DNA from: Dimorphilus gyrociliatus
Taxonomy: Eukaryota > Animalia > Annelida
Length of the DNA stretch: 64,000 nt
Reading direction: 5' to 3'
Assembly (NCBI GenBank): GCA_904063045.1
Contig: CAJFCJ010000010.1
Span: 744,001 to 808,000 of the forward strand
Of the stretch, positions 26,091 to 38,800 are shown in pieces. The notes under the pieces were generated by a model. That model had not been told where the DNA came from. It worked only from the letters and a program-made list of their open reading frames with translations, and did not search any database. Every line of letters begins with the position of its first letter. Position 1 is the stretch's first letter. The position numbers and the translations under genes were made by a program.

Positions 26091-27702
26091 AGCAACTTGG
26101 TTATTTTAATAAAATTTGCAATTGAAATTAATATGGAAAATAGCAAGCATTCCAATGGTTTTCACTAGTATCCTACAACGAATACTTTTGCTTTACATCA
26201 TATATTTTACTTGATTAATGCTGAATATCAGGAAAGATGTTAGAGATTGTATTCGATCAAAAAAAATTGAATTTTTCCCCCTCTATTTCTTAAGGTTAAG
26301 TTAAAGGTTATGCTTCTAACCTTTTCTGCATCAGCTAAAATATTATTCTCTCTACTTTGACAAAGGAAAAGAAAGAGAAAAATATATAATATCCAAAAAT
26401 AGTCACTCTTAGTGTTTTCTTACGTAAATGTTACAATTAAAAAAAAGGGAGAATTAATTTGTTTTTGAAAGAAAAAATCAATTCTTAATTACTTATCTTT
26501 CGACCCATTTGTGTGATTATACTACTGAGTAAACAATATTACCTTTTCTAATTATGAAATAAACACCACACGTATATCTTATATCACTACTACTTTATCT
26601 ATACATAATCTTTTTTGTTAGTATTCATATAGTATAGTACATAGTCAATTGTTAATTTTTTATGTTTCCTTTTTTCATATAAAATAAAAGGTCTTTGTGA
26701 AATAAGAATCATTAATGGAATAATAAAATGTCGCACCAATTTTTTTAAGCATCATATGTGATGCATTCATTGAGAAGTTTTTAATATGAAAGAACTAATA
26801 GGAAGTTAAAAGATAAAGGGAGTTATAAAGATGTTAGTAAATACTTTAAGGACTAGTAAGAGGAAAAGAGATTTAGATAGATATAGAATGGTAAAGTGTT
26901 GGAGAATAAAAAGAGAATGAGAGAGGGAGAGAATGCGTGTATTAAATAAGACTGAGAAAAAGAAAGAAACATGTTACCATACTCTGTATATAGTTATTGA
27001 TCGAAAGTTTTCTTATATGACTGCTGTACTTATTGTATCGTCTGACCTTTGTCTTATCCTTATCTCCTCTGTTGAATCTTTTCCCAAAGAAAGTTCTTTG
27101 TCATTAAAAGAGGAGTAAAACTAATACAATCAGTAATATAAAAGAGAGGGAGGAAATGAAATTAAAATTTAAAAAAAAAGAGCCTAAATTCTTACATTCT
27201 ACTCAGTTTTCACGTCTCTCCAATGGCTTCTATACTGCATATATTTTTACACTGCAATTCATTAGTGACAACAATTTAAAGAAGGGTACGATGAGACCAA
27301 GCAAAGGTCGTGATAGATATTTTTACTTCACCTAAAAGAAATAAGTTGGACGTCTTTAAAGATTGACTCAAATAATAAGGAAAAACATTTGGAAAATCCC
27401 CAAGATGAATAATATAAGAAGAAAGCATTCGTGAAACTTATAAGATTATGAAGACATGCTTCTACATTTTTCGTGATACTCATCTTTATCTTAGATACTT
27501 CTGCTACTAAAACATGTCCAAGCCTTATCCAGTCACGTGATTCTCGTCATGGACAATCATTGACGAATACTAATAAATATTCTCATTACATGTTATCAAC
27601 ATGATATGTTAATGACAGAGGTTAGTATTTATAAGTAAATGGGAAAATTTCTTCATATTGGTTTCTTAGTTTGGTGATTAATTGACATTTTTTGACCGGA
27701 TT

Positions 27703-28554
27703 ATGGATAAGAAATGGCTGGTTAGCAATACAATAGGAATAATTTTCATTATTTTAATCACAACCTTTATTATAATTGGCTCTATTGGCAATTCTATGAT
27801 AATTATTATATATTGGAAGCGACCTAGATCTAGTTCGCAATTCTTAATCCTAATCCTTGGATTATCAGATTTAACATCATGCCTATTGCTGATGCCTCTT
27901 TCTATAGTCTACGTTACGAATAGTTTATCACAGATATTTAGAATCTATGTTTTTGACAGTGCTTTGCATCTTGTTCTAATATTTAATATATTGGTATTCA
28001 TTGTAATAGCTTTTGATAGATATTTCGCATTGGCTAAGCCGTTTTCAACGATTCTAAGCTATAAAGTTGCGAAGAAATTTTTGTTTTACGGTCTATTTAT
28101 AGCTGTAGTGTCCGCCTCATTATTTAAATATTTAAGAATCAAGCATGAATTTGCATATCAAGTAACAGTTTTAACTTCTTTCCTTGCGCTAACTTTAATA
28201 TTAACAATTATCTACGTACTTGCATTTGTAAGTGTTACAATTAACCTAAATAGAATAAGGAGGAAAAGAGTTGTCGATGTCGATTCAAATGGGCCCAATA
28301 TAATAACTAAAAGGTGTAGAAACAATTCAAAGAATATTGTAGAAGCCGTTAAAACTGCTAAAATGCTTTTTTTTGTAACATACTTATTTATTGTTGTTTA
28401 TATACCATTTGTTATATTAGAAACATTGCCTATAAATATAAAAGAGGCTTTACAGTTTACATATTTTATAAATAATATTTCTAATATATTTATTTATTTG
28501 ATGTTTAGTCATACTTTTCGCCAAGAATGTAAAAAACTATGTCAAAATGTCTAA
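27703..28554 (+). CDS. Minimal orphan class A GPCR, intronless (283 aa from ATG 27703)
   Basis: GSIGNSMII (TM1), LGLSDLTSC (TM2), IAFDRYFALAKP (DRY), VYIPF (TM6), NNISNIFIYLMFSHTFR (NPxxY variant plus helix 8). The ORF track start at 27682 is a non-ATG codon. Confidence 0.88.
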   Translation: MDKKWLVSNTIGIIFIILITTFIIIGSIGNSMIIIIYWKRPRSSSQFLILILGLSDLTSCLLLMPLSIVYVTNSLSQIFRIYVFDSALHLVLIFNILVFIVIAFDRYFALAKPFSTILSYKVAKKFLFYGLFIAVVSASLFKYLRIKHEFAYQVTVLTSFLALTLILTIIYVLAFVSVTINLNRIRRKRVVDVDSNGPNIITKRCRNNSKNIVEAVKTAKMLFFVTYLFIVVYIPFVILETLPINIKEALQFTYFINNISNIFIYLMFSHTFRQECKKLCQNV

Positions 28555-28781
28555 ATGTTATAAGTATCAAATTTTGGTTTGTTTCTTATCGTTCTGTGTT
28601 ATCTTATCTTATCGTTAATTAACTAATTAACAAATTGATTATATTATTTAAACATTTTTAGATAAAAACTCTTTTTTGACCTATTTTACATTGATTTGTA
28701 TTGTTTTATTGCTTAGTGATACACATTTCATTTCTCCATCCTCTCTTAACAAGTTAAATGAGCCATTAACATTTTCTCATC

Positions 28782-30533
28782 TTATGTTGACTTGGATGTT
28801 GGTGTCCCCAGAGACTCAGATATTGAAACAACCAAAAAATCCAGAAATTCAAATAGTGTTAAGAAAGTTGAGCCTAGTATTAGACCAAATGCACCTCCGA
28901 CGTCGGACATTAAGGCTAACCAAGAGTAGGCTATCTTTTCTTTCAATTCTCTTGTGATCATTGTTGAAAAATATATGTTTAGTTGAATAAAATTGCCTTC
29001 GAGTGTTGTTTTAGTATAATGAGTTGCATTAGTTATCAGACGTTTAAAAAAATCACTAAAAATTGAATATGATGTTGATGCATCATATTTGATAAATTGA
29101 CATTGAGTTGGGCATTGACAAGATTTGAAAATCTCTTTTGCGTAATATAAATCTGATTGTACTTTATTGCAAGGTAAATTTAAAGGAGAGCATACTGGAA
29201 CAGAATCATCAACTGAAAATATAAGTATAAAGAGGAGTATAGTATAAAGGTATTACTCTTTCAATTCTCCTCTACTTACCAAGCATCTCTTCCCCTTTAC
29301 AGCCACATTGCTTAACTACATACTTTGACAAACATTTATTCATGCAGGCTGATTGTCTATAGCTGTTATCTTCATTACAGTCACCGTATGGTTTGGACAG
29401 CAATGTTGTTGCTTCTCTCTGTATTCTTATCACAAAATCATTACCAGGTGATAACTTTATACCATTCTCAAGCATCTCAGGAGTGTCTTCTGGGTCATGC
29501 AATAAAACCTTGAAAAGTTGAAGAAATTACAGAAGAGAAGTTTAATAATCGGAAATATTAAAATATCAAAGAAAATAAAAGTTTACCCTAAAGCCAGCAG
29601 ATGGCGCGTTTGCTAAAGTGTATTCTTCTTGCATGACATTTAAAGTTAAGGTCAAAGCATTTCTATCACCCGCAGCTCGAACAATAAAATTCTTACTTCC
29701 TAGTATATAATAAGAGTCAAAAAAACTATTTATCTGATGAAAATATTCAAAGAATTAGTACTTGAGTTAAACTGGAAGCAATATCCCATGTTAGTAGCAA
29801 CTGTAATGAAATCACTTGCAGAACATTTCTTCAAATTGAAGTAGCACTAATCATAGCATATAAGAATTTTAAATTAATATAGATGTTTATATATATAAAG
29901 ATATATAATAATAATAATTAAAATTAGTACAGAGACTATCGCATCTTTTCCTGGTTGAGCTGCTTCCCGATACTTTTCACCCCAATCGAAAATCGTATTA
30001 TTGGAAAGTGTGCCATTGGTATCAGAGACTGTAGTGTTAATTTTTAAGTCCGGATGAGGAGGCCATAAGGTGTACAAACTATCAGCGATGCCTTGACCTG
30101 CTAATAAAAAAATTTATCAAGCAGCAGTCATTTCAAAGTATTTACCTTCGGCTGCCACCAGCGATTTCATCATTCGATTTTCATTACAGATGGTGACTGT
30201 TGGAAATCTTAGAAATTTGTCATGTCTATATCTAATTCTGGTTGTTGTGTCATATTTAATATAATAACTTATTCTTTCTTGTAATTGATATATCATAAAT
30301 CCAACTCCAAAGAGAATTAATGTTATCCAGAAGCATCGTCGAGTCAGAGACGCAGTTTGCATTAAAGTATATTTTATACCTATGACACTTATTTCTTGAA
30401 GAAATTTAACAATACGAACAGACCAATAGAAATTTTTCTTTATATCTTTCTTTTTTGATTCTTCTCTTCTATTGTCCATATTTATTTGTTCAACATCTCC
30501 AACTTTGTTTACTGATATAATTTTTTTAGGCAT
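28782..30533 (-). CDS. DEG/ENaC (ASIC-related) ion channel subunit, 470 aa; exons 30533-30146, 30097-29931, 29846-29762, 29699-29587, 29508-29280, 29212-28782
   Basis: TM1 RRCFWITLILFGVGFMIYQ; FPTVTICNEN signature; GYCFQFNS; GFRVLLHDP; Cys-rich thumb (PYGDC...ACMNKC...QCGC...C...C...CQCPTQC); TM2 LMSDVGGAFGLILGSTFLTLFEFLDF. All six exons join in frame with GT-AG sites (1413 nt). Confidence 0.95.
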
Positions 30534-30589
30534 TTTATTAATCCTTCTTTACAACTTAATTTTGTAAATTTGAACACAATATAGCTTGT

Positions 30590-30612
30590 ATATATCTATA
30601 CATATATATATG

Positions 30613-30670
<58 letters not shown>

Positions 30671-30680
30671 TGTATATATT
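30590..30680. repeat. (TA)n microsatellite just upstream of the DEG/ENaC start codon
   Basis: About 90 nt of near-perfect alternating TA/AT with a few C/G interruptions. Confidence 0.95.
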
Positions 30681-32639
30681 AGCTATATGTCAAAAAAAAG
30701 TTACATGTTTAACATATTGAAACTCTTTAGTGGTGTTCTCTCAAGACGTTTAAAACTTATTCAATCCTAAGGCAGTATCCACTTGTCAAACACAATGATA
30801 ATTATACAAAGAGCTCCACTATATATGTTCTTGTGAAAAAAATCTATTATTTTGTAGCATAAACATTGTAAAATCCTTTGTTTCTGTGCATTATGATATA
30901 TAAAATATTCATATCTGGCTTTTAAGTCATTGCCTATTTTTTTTATTTGCAAATTTTTCCCTCTTATTTAGTATAATAAATATTGGTGGAAAGAAAAACT
31001 AATTATTTCCATTAGCTGCTACTAGCTTAGCCTTTAATATGTTTATTAATAAATATGTTCTTCTACTGTTTTCTAACGATTTATTTCCTCCTCTTTATAT
31101 CTTTGTTTCCTATTATTCACTCTCTCTCTCTCGCTCTCTCTCTCCTTCTGTGCGGCACTAAGGTTAAAACATTTTTTTTACATGTTTTATAATATAATTG
31201 TATTAATTCTTTATTTACTCTATAAAAGTTACAATTTTTAATCTCTCTCAGTTTATTCTACTAAACGGTAATGTTTTCTTGTCGTTATTTTACTAATGAA
31301 AAAGGCCAATAAATTATCTAAATTAACTATTCATTTATTAAAGAATTTATTCCCTTATTCATATAAACATTTATTATATATTTTTACTTTTGAATATAAC
31401 ATAAATTTTTCAAAGAATGAATAAACATATGCAAAGTATTTTTTTATATTTATACCATTTTTTTCTTTACTTTTCACCAACTTGAACAGCTTTGGAATAA
31501 AAATAGATAATTCATACATTTCCTCAATTAATGACATACAAGTTGACGTTATACTATAAAGAAAGCTATTCTCTACAAGCATACCATATGAAAACTAAAG
31601 AAATAACTTCATTAACTATATGCTAAATGACTAACAATAGGAATACAAATATAGTATAAAAAAGAAATATTGAAAGTATAACAATATACTACAACTATAA
31701 AGAATGATGCTATATATTTATATATCTTGTATAGTATCATTATTAAGTTTAAACCAATATCCTATTAATTTATTCTAATTCGATTTCCTGTAAGTTCTAC
31801 ATTACTGAAGAAACAGTCAAGTCAAGTATGAAACTCTTTTTATTTATCCCAGGTTAAGTCAAATTAAATAATAGTAGAATTATAAATAAAACATATTGTA
31901 ATTCTGTTAAAGACATGTTTAATTATTTACTTGAAAGAAACATTTAAGAGGTAAGATTGAGGAGCGCTGAGAAAAGAAAAAATCTCCATACAGCAAGGGA
32001 ATATACTAAAGAAGAATGTCAGGAAATTTAAGTAAATTAATACAATTAGCTACTGTTTGAGGAATGTGAAATAATGAAAATTCAGAATAATTACTAAATC
32101 AGAGAGTTGAGGGGAAGCTGTCAGAAATTTTATTCAATTAAGCACTGCTAAGCATAGCGTGACTGGTAAATTATTCTACTTTATCGGAATCATTCAGAAA
32201 ATGTCCCCTTTATCTTAAGTAGTAATTTAAAAGTGTTTCTCAACAGAATATTATAAATCTTTCAAAGCTCAACTACATTTATATGCAAAACTAGTACTTA
32301 TAAACTTCATATGATTTATATATGGTTTATCTATCGAAATGACCATTTTGATAAAATAATATATAAAAAGTCAATGTGTTTTTCTTACTGAGAGTAACAT
32401 TATTACATATAAATACTATGAATGTGAATATAAAGATACTGTTTAAACGTTTATGATGAATGTTAAAAATATTCTAACAATGTACTACTAAGTACACAAA
32501 TAATTGCATATAAAGATAAATATCTGTAGGCAAGAACTATTTAACTAATACTAGAAATCGAGGGAATAGCTTTAACTGCTAGAATTTCACTCATATTCTG
32601 CTATCCATGGTATGAGGCTGTTTTTACAAACCTAACATG

Positions 32640-33170
32640 AAAAAATCGAGAAAATGTGATGTGTGGAGTCTTGGGAAGTTGTTTCATTCCATGATATCAT
32701 CTCTTCAATACATAATCAAGATTATCTGTATAAATTTGGTAAATAAATTGAAAAAATTTTACAATTGCTCAATTAAGAGACCTCAGTATGAAGAATTCAA
32801 TAAGAGAAGATAGAGATTGGATAGCGAATTTACCTTTTCTTCATGAAGCTGTGTTTCAAAAATGAAAAAAATTACACAAAAAACTACATTTAGATTTTTT
32901 GGAATAGGAAAGGAAGAAACTGTAATAGGAAAGTAAGTCTTTTAGCAAAATAATACTTGTAATACAAAGCTAAGACAGCGAAATACTTTATGGACAAAAC
33001 TAATCCAAAGCCATTACCCAGACCACCTTATTTTCTAGACTTATCTCCAATATAAAATTTGTGGCATTTGTGGTTAGAAAATTACTATGCAACTGTTGCT
33101 ACTTTTCAACTAAGGCCAAATAATGGACAAGAATTCAAGAGGAAGAAACGTTGAAGAGGTGAACTTTCAA
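32640..33170 (+). mobile_element. Decayed Tc1/mariner transposase fragment (DDE region)
   Basis: F*QNNTCNTK near 32940 (cf. FQQDNAPCH) and KPLPRPPYFLDLSPI*NLWH near 33010-33070 (cf. WPPYSPDLSPIENLW); NVMCGVLGSCF near 32655 (cf. SVMVWGCF). Stops and frameshifts are present. May extend upstream to about 31900. Confidence 0.6.
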
Positions 33171-33793
33171 AATACCTAAGTAGTCATTTACCTATTTCAT
33201 TTAATACTACTGTATTACTACCATATGATAGCCTTCAATTCCTATATACAGTATATATACAGTAGATATAGATATATTAGTACATGTATAATCTTCATGT
33301 CTTCACAAATAATGCCCTGAAGAGAACAGATGCTAATTTATGAGGTCTAAAAATAAACGAAACCCGAGGACAAAAGAAAAAAGATTGATGGTAAATTAGC
33401 TTTAAATAAAGTTTATATAAATATTCAGCCGTAAAGTTTTTTAAAAGCCATGCAGTAGACATGTCGTAACTTTTAAAATGTTTCAATACGGAAAATGAAA
33501 ATACCTTGTTGAAAACTGCTTTTATTTTTATACGATTGAGTATACAGTTTTCAATAAATCGTTGCCTCAATGAAACTCTTTCGATAAAAACTTTCTACCT
33601 ATTTCTTTGTTTCCCGCTTGTTATTTCCTCTTATATTTCTATATATCGTTTTTTATACCTTTTAGTTAATGAGCAGAAAAACGCCTATATGATTTACCAG
33701 TGCTGCCACCCACACTTCAACACATCAATCAGTTGAAATGCTTCATATCATACATTTCAGCAGGATCAGTAACTATTCGGAAAAATCTGCGGA

Positions 33794-34792
33794 ATGAATA
33801 ACTCTACGGATTACTCTCGACTTTTAATGATGAAGGAGAATGTGAGAGAAATTTTACTGTGGAGTTTACCAGCAATCATATGTATTGGTTTTGTAGGAAA
33901 TACAATATCATTCATTGTTTTGGTCAGCAAAAGATTACGGTCAACTCCTGTTTATTTTTACTTGTCTCTATTGGCAATTTCTGACAATTTTGTGCTGTTT
34001 TTTAGCGCCTTTAAAACCTACATAAGAATTTTAACGGGGTTCGAAATGTTACACTGGGGGCTACCCAGTTGCATACTTCTTAACTTTTTTAATCAGCATT
34101 TTCAATATCTGTCTTCCTGGTTTTTAGTTTTGGTAACTTTTGATAGATGTATTGCAGTATGTGCCTCTTTAAAATCTAACATACTCTTAACAATAGGCAG
34201 AGCAAGAGTATTAGTTGTGATACTAAATCTTATTGTCTTTGTGTTGAATGCTCACCTGTTTGTCAATCTGGAATTGATTAGCAATGCTAATGCAACACAT
34301 TTCGCATGCCATACAAAACGGAACTGGTTTACTACTAAAATATCTCCAATTCTTAAGTTATGGACATACAGCTTAATTCCAATATTTTTGGTAATTTGTA
34401 TGAATACTGGAATAATGTATAAGCTGTTGAGGGGAACTGCCTTCAGAGAACTACGATCAAATGCTACACAACAACAAAGAAAGCGTAATGTTAAAGTTGT
34501 AATAATGCTACTTACCGTATCTTTATCGTGGATTATTTTAACGTGCCCCCTATCAATATGGCTTTTAGTGGCAGACAGGAATACAGCGAAAAATGAACAA
34601 TTAACTAAATCTTTTTGTTTTTTACTTATGTATACAAACCACGCAACTAACTTTATTTTCTACTGCTTGAATGGCAATAAGTTTAGGAAGGAATTAAAAC
34701 AAAAATTTAACTGTAAACGATATTCCTATGGACAGCAAACAGTTCATATTCCTATGAGAACCCTGTCTCACACTGGTAAGCCAGATTATTGA
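33794..34792 (+). CDS. Orphan class A peptide-type GPCR (FMRFamide-receptor/GPR139-like group), paralog A, intronless (332 aa)
   Basis: GFVGNTISF, LAISDNFVL, SSWFLVLVTFDRCIAV (DRC), LTCP, YTNHATNFIFYCLNGNKFR. Clear paralog of 42823-43773. Confidence 0.92.
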   Translation: MNNSTDYSRLLMMKENVREILLWSLPAIICIGFVGNTISFIVLVSKRLRSTPVYFYLSLLAISDNFVLFFSAFKTYIRILTGFEMLHWGLPSCILLNFFNQHFQYLSSWFLVLVTFDRCIAVCASLKSNILLTIGRARVLVVILNLIVFVLNAHLFVNLELISNANATHFACHTKRNWFTTKISPILKLWTYSLIPIFLVICMNTGIMYKLLRGTAFRELRSNATQQQRKRNVKVVIMLLTVSLSWIILTCPLSIWLLVADRNTAKNEQLTKSFCFLLMYTNHATNFIFYCLNGNKFRKELKQKFNCKRYSYGQQTVHIPMRTLSHTGKPDY

Positions 34793-35499
34793 ACTATTAC
34801 AAACTGCTCTTGTCTTATTAATGCAATCATTCATATGAATTATCTTTTTTACTACTAAACTTTCCAGCCAGCGTGTACAACTCTTTCTTGTGTTCACTTA
34901 TATCAATGGAAGTTGGATGAACAATAAAAGACATCAAGAATATTTATATATAGAAGAGAGTATTATACTTTTTTATAATTAATTTAAGTATGGGTACTTT
35001 ATTCTCCATCAAATTTTTTATTGAATATGCATACACAGTTTATTTAACTTCTTGACAGACCAGTTTTCTAAACAAAGTTTTACAGAGATTTCTATAGTAC
35101 AGAGATAGAGTTATTGTTTAGTGCAGCAGCTTAATTACTATTGAATGCTTTCCACTAAATAATGTTATCTCTATGGTAAATACATTTTCTTGAATAAAAA
35201 CATAATTGCATACAAAATGACGAACAATTATAAAAATACTAGAATTTTGCGTGTAATTCTTGTCACTGTAAAATTAGTAAGAGGTAAATAAGAAATAAGA
35301 GATTTTATACATCACACTTAACCGTCAATAATTTTGAAGAAAATTTGACAAATTATGCAAGAAAAGATGGATTTAACTAAGCCAATTTAAAAATCTATTA
35401 GATTCATCTGGAACTGCTACAACAATTAGAATTATTTTAAGAGGAAAATCAAGAAAGTAGAAATCACGCTTGGATGATTAATAGGCAAATTCAACTAAA

Positions 35500-35840
35500 G
35501 AGGACCATTGATAAGACAATTTTGTTATTGATTGTCCAGTTTATAACTGGCAGAATATCACATAAGGGAGAATAATTTTCTGTTAGAGGCTTTCTAAAAG
35601 AGGCAGTATGACAACGGAGGTTTTAAAACAAACAATCCCTTAAGATTTAAGAGTCTTATGTCTAAGCTGGAAAGTTACTGAAAGTTTAGTTATAGGAAAA
35701 TAGACAATTTGACAAGGCGTAAGAATTTGAAAATTGTTATCATTGAAGAATGGAGAAAAAGGAACTAAATCTTATTAATAATTTTATTAGATCTCTCATA
35801 AAAGACTTATAGTTTTATGTCCAAATAAGGAAAAAGAAGA
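35500..35840 (+). mobile_element. Decayed Tc1-like transposase C-terminal fragment
   Basis: Near 35710-35830 the reading NLKIVIIEEWRK...NLINNFIRSL.KRL matches the Tc1 C-terminus pattern ELKxAIxEEWxxI...INNLIRSMPKRL; GRISHKGE near 35550 (cf. WAGISxxGK). Degenerate, may extend to about 35200. Confidence 0.55.
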
Positions 35841-38800
35841 AATAGCAAATTTAGCAATTCTTTTGATGAAAATATGATGGTCTATATAGAGTTTTTTCTA
35901 CATTTTTCATCTAAGGAATTAATTTAAATTGCACTATGAAAGAATCTAAACATTACAATTACGCCTTGCTTTCTTCAGCAGTCGTTATTTTTTTTATCTA
36001 AAACTGAGCACAATATTAACAAAATTTCTCTTTTCCTTTTGGGTTATATATTAATATTTAGCATCCTAATATATTTGAATTTTTACTGAACTTGATAAAA
36101 GAGCGAAAAAACAAGAGTATTAACAATAAAGAATACATACATATTCTATTCAATCCCGAAGCCAAATTTATGTTTCCCTTCCTAAGGAAGAAATAGCGCT
36201 ATGCCTAACTATAATACTATTTTTGCGTTATATTTTCATTTTTCGATTATTCCTCTTCAATCATTTGTCTTTTTATTTGACTATAGGATATGACCTCTTT
36301 TCCGATAATAGATAGAGCTAGATATATTTATAATAATGTCAAAGTAAATTATTTTGGTACATATCGGCATATATATATATATAGAATATGTCATCAGTAG
36401 CTCTATGTTGTTGTATCTTTTTTAAAAGAAATGAGCTAATCTTTCTATACATTAAAAGACAACATTTCAACATTTATTAATCAAGACTTTAATAGTTTTA
36501 CCATATATTTATAGTAATAGTTTCTTATAATATATCAATTAGCAGAGGTTACTCTAAAATAATTGCCCTCTTTTAGAGGAGTAAAATGCAATATTATTAG
36601 ATTATTATTAGATTTTCTGAGTTTTTATTCTAAATAACGCAATTTAAAAGAGTATACCATCTGTTCAAGAAGGTATGAGAAATTTACTTGTCCTTTCAAG
36701 TAAGTATGGCAAACCTTCATACAAAATTGTAAGTTTTTTATACGCTTTTAAGAGAACATTAAGAGATATTAAATGCTGTACCAAGCAAGGCTACTCTGTT
36801 CAGAGTACTTCTCAGCATACTGAAGCTTCCTTTAAGCAGAAAATCGAAATTCTTATTAAGTAAAGGACTATTTACAAAATTATTTTCAAATACCACTTAA
36901 AGTAGGATTTTCCTATCAACAGCAGCAGATACCATCGTATATTACATAACTTTATAAACTTTAATTTGTAATTATTAAAAATTACAAGTACAGTATGTCT
37001 CGGTAGATCATCTATCAATCTGGTGTAGTGTGTCAATTGTTTTGCCAAAAGAAATAACTCATACAAAGAAACCACAAAATTAGCGATATAGAAATTGGGA
37101 AAAAGAATTTAAATATTCTCAGTGGCTGAAAGAGTTTCGGATCCCATTTGAGAAATTTAGGAAAAACAAAACAATCACAGAAAAATATTATTATCTTGCA
37201 TTAATAATCATATCCAAAAATGATATATTATGTAAAAGTATAGTTTTAATTCCTGTAAAGATATACTTTCATGGATTAAGAGTCTTAGACTTTCATATTG
37301 ATGAGAAAATATGTTGTTGGCAAAAAAAGATAAATCTTCTGCTGTCTTCTTTTTAATTCTATAATAAGTGTAATAAAAGATGTTCTACATCTCAAATTAA
37401 GAGGAAAGGAAGAAGAAAGTAGCAGTACACGTTCTCTTTCCTTGGAATCGTGACATATTCAGGAACTGATAAGTCATAATTTTAAAGGAGGCTACCTTTT
37501 ATGCACCATTAAACACTAGTATTAAGAGTAAATCTAATGAGTATATTTATACCTTACGTATAGAACTAATAATGACAAAATTTGTATTATTTTTTTTCTT
37601 CTTTTAGAATAAGTTGAGTATCTAAATATAAATTTGTAAAAGAAAAGAAAAGAAAGATATAAAATCATCATTTACGGTTAGATTTATTTCATTACTTAAT
37701 AAGTTTTAATATACGGAAATGTGTAAAAGACATTTAGATATAAATACTAATATATATGATCCGGATATACCTATATAATCATTTTGTTATTAAGAAAAAA
37801 AACAAATTCTTTTTATTATTTAATCAATTAAAAGTTATGAGAGAAAAATATCATTGAAAAAAATATGAATTAATCAATTCAAATAGAACTGTTTTTAATC
37901 TTTCACCAACATCTTATGAATGACATATGCTATTAACAGAGTAACTAGCTTCTTTAGTTAATTTAATAAATTAAAGTAACAAAATACAATAATATATGAG
38001 TTAAATGGAAAGATTTCCAGTCACGGTGGAATCCTACTGTTTACTTTTACGACTACCTTTTTTATAACAGCACATAAAAGTGATAACTAACTATAAATAT
38101 AACGTCATACTATATAATAATAGTGATTTCTTGAAAATATTATTAATTGGACCATTACAGCAAAGACACGGACAAAATATATATTCATGTTAAAGGAATA
38201 TAGTGAAATGAATATATCTAATTTTCTAAAAAGTTGTAGGTCTACTTTATTTTAGAAGGTATCTTTTTAGTTTGTCAGTCTGGTGAATTGAGTCTTAATT
38301 TTCATACAAACTAGTTTAGAGATTTACAAAGTGTTTATTAATAATTGAACATTTAAATTATAAACTTATACATATATATTGTATAGGTATATATTCATAA
38401 TACATTTGTATTATCTTGTATGTAGTTTTCAATAAATTGCGGTGTCATTCCTATTCCTTTTTACTGATTGAAAAATATATAAATATTATTTCATTAATAG
38501 GACGATAAAAGAGTTAATCACAAGAAAGGAAAGCTATATGGTATCTATAAAATTACCTTCACATTTCCTAATTGAATTCGTATAGAAAAATTTTCTGATA
38601 CCAGATTTTTATTTTGTTGTTGTACTTTCAAGATATAATATAAGGACTAAATGAGATTTTACTGCTCCAAGAAGCCTTACTTTTTTGTTTTCCATCTTTG
38701 CCTCTCTGTCTCTTTCTCAATTTCTTCATCTCCCGCTATATTCCTTCCTCCTCCATTCCTCTTTCTCCTTTCCTCTGCCACGGTTTACATTTATTAATTT

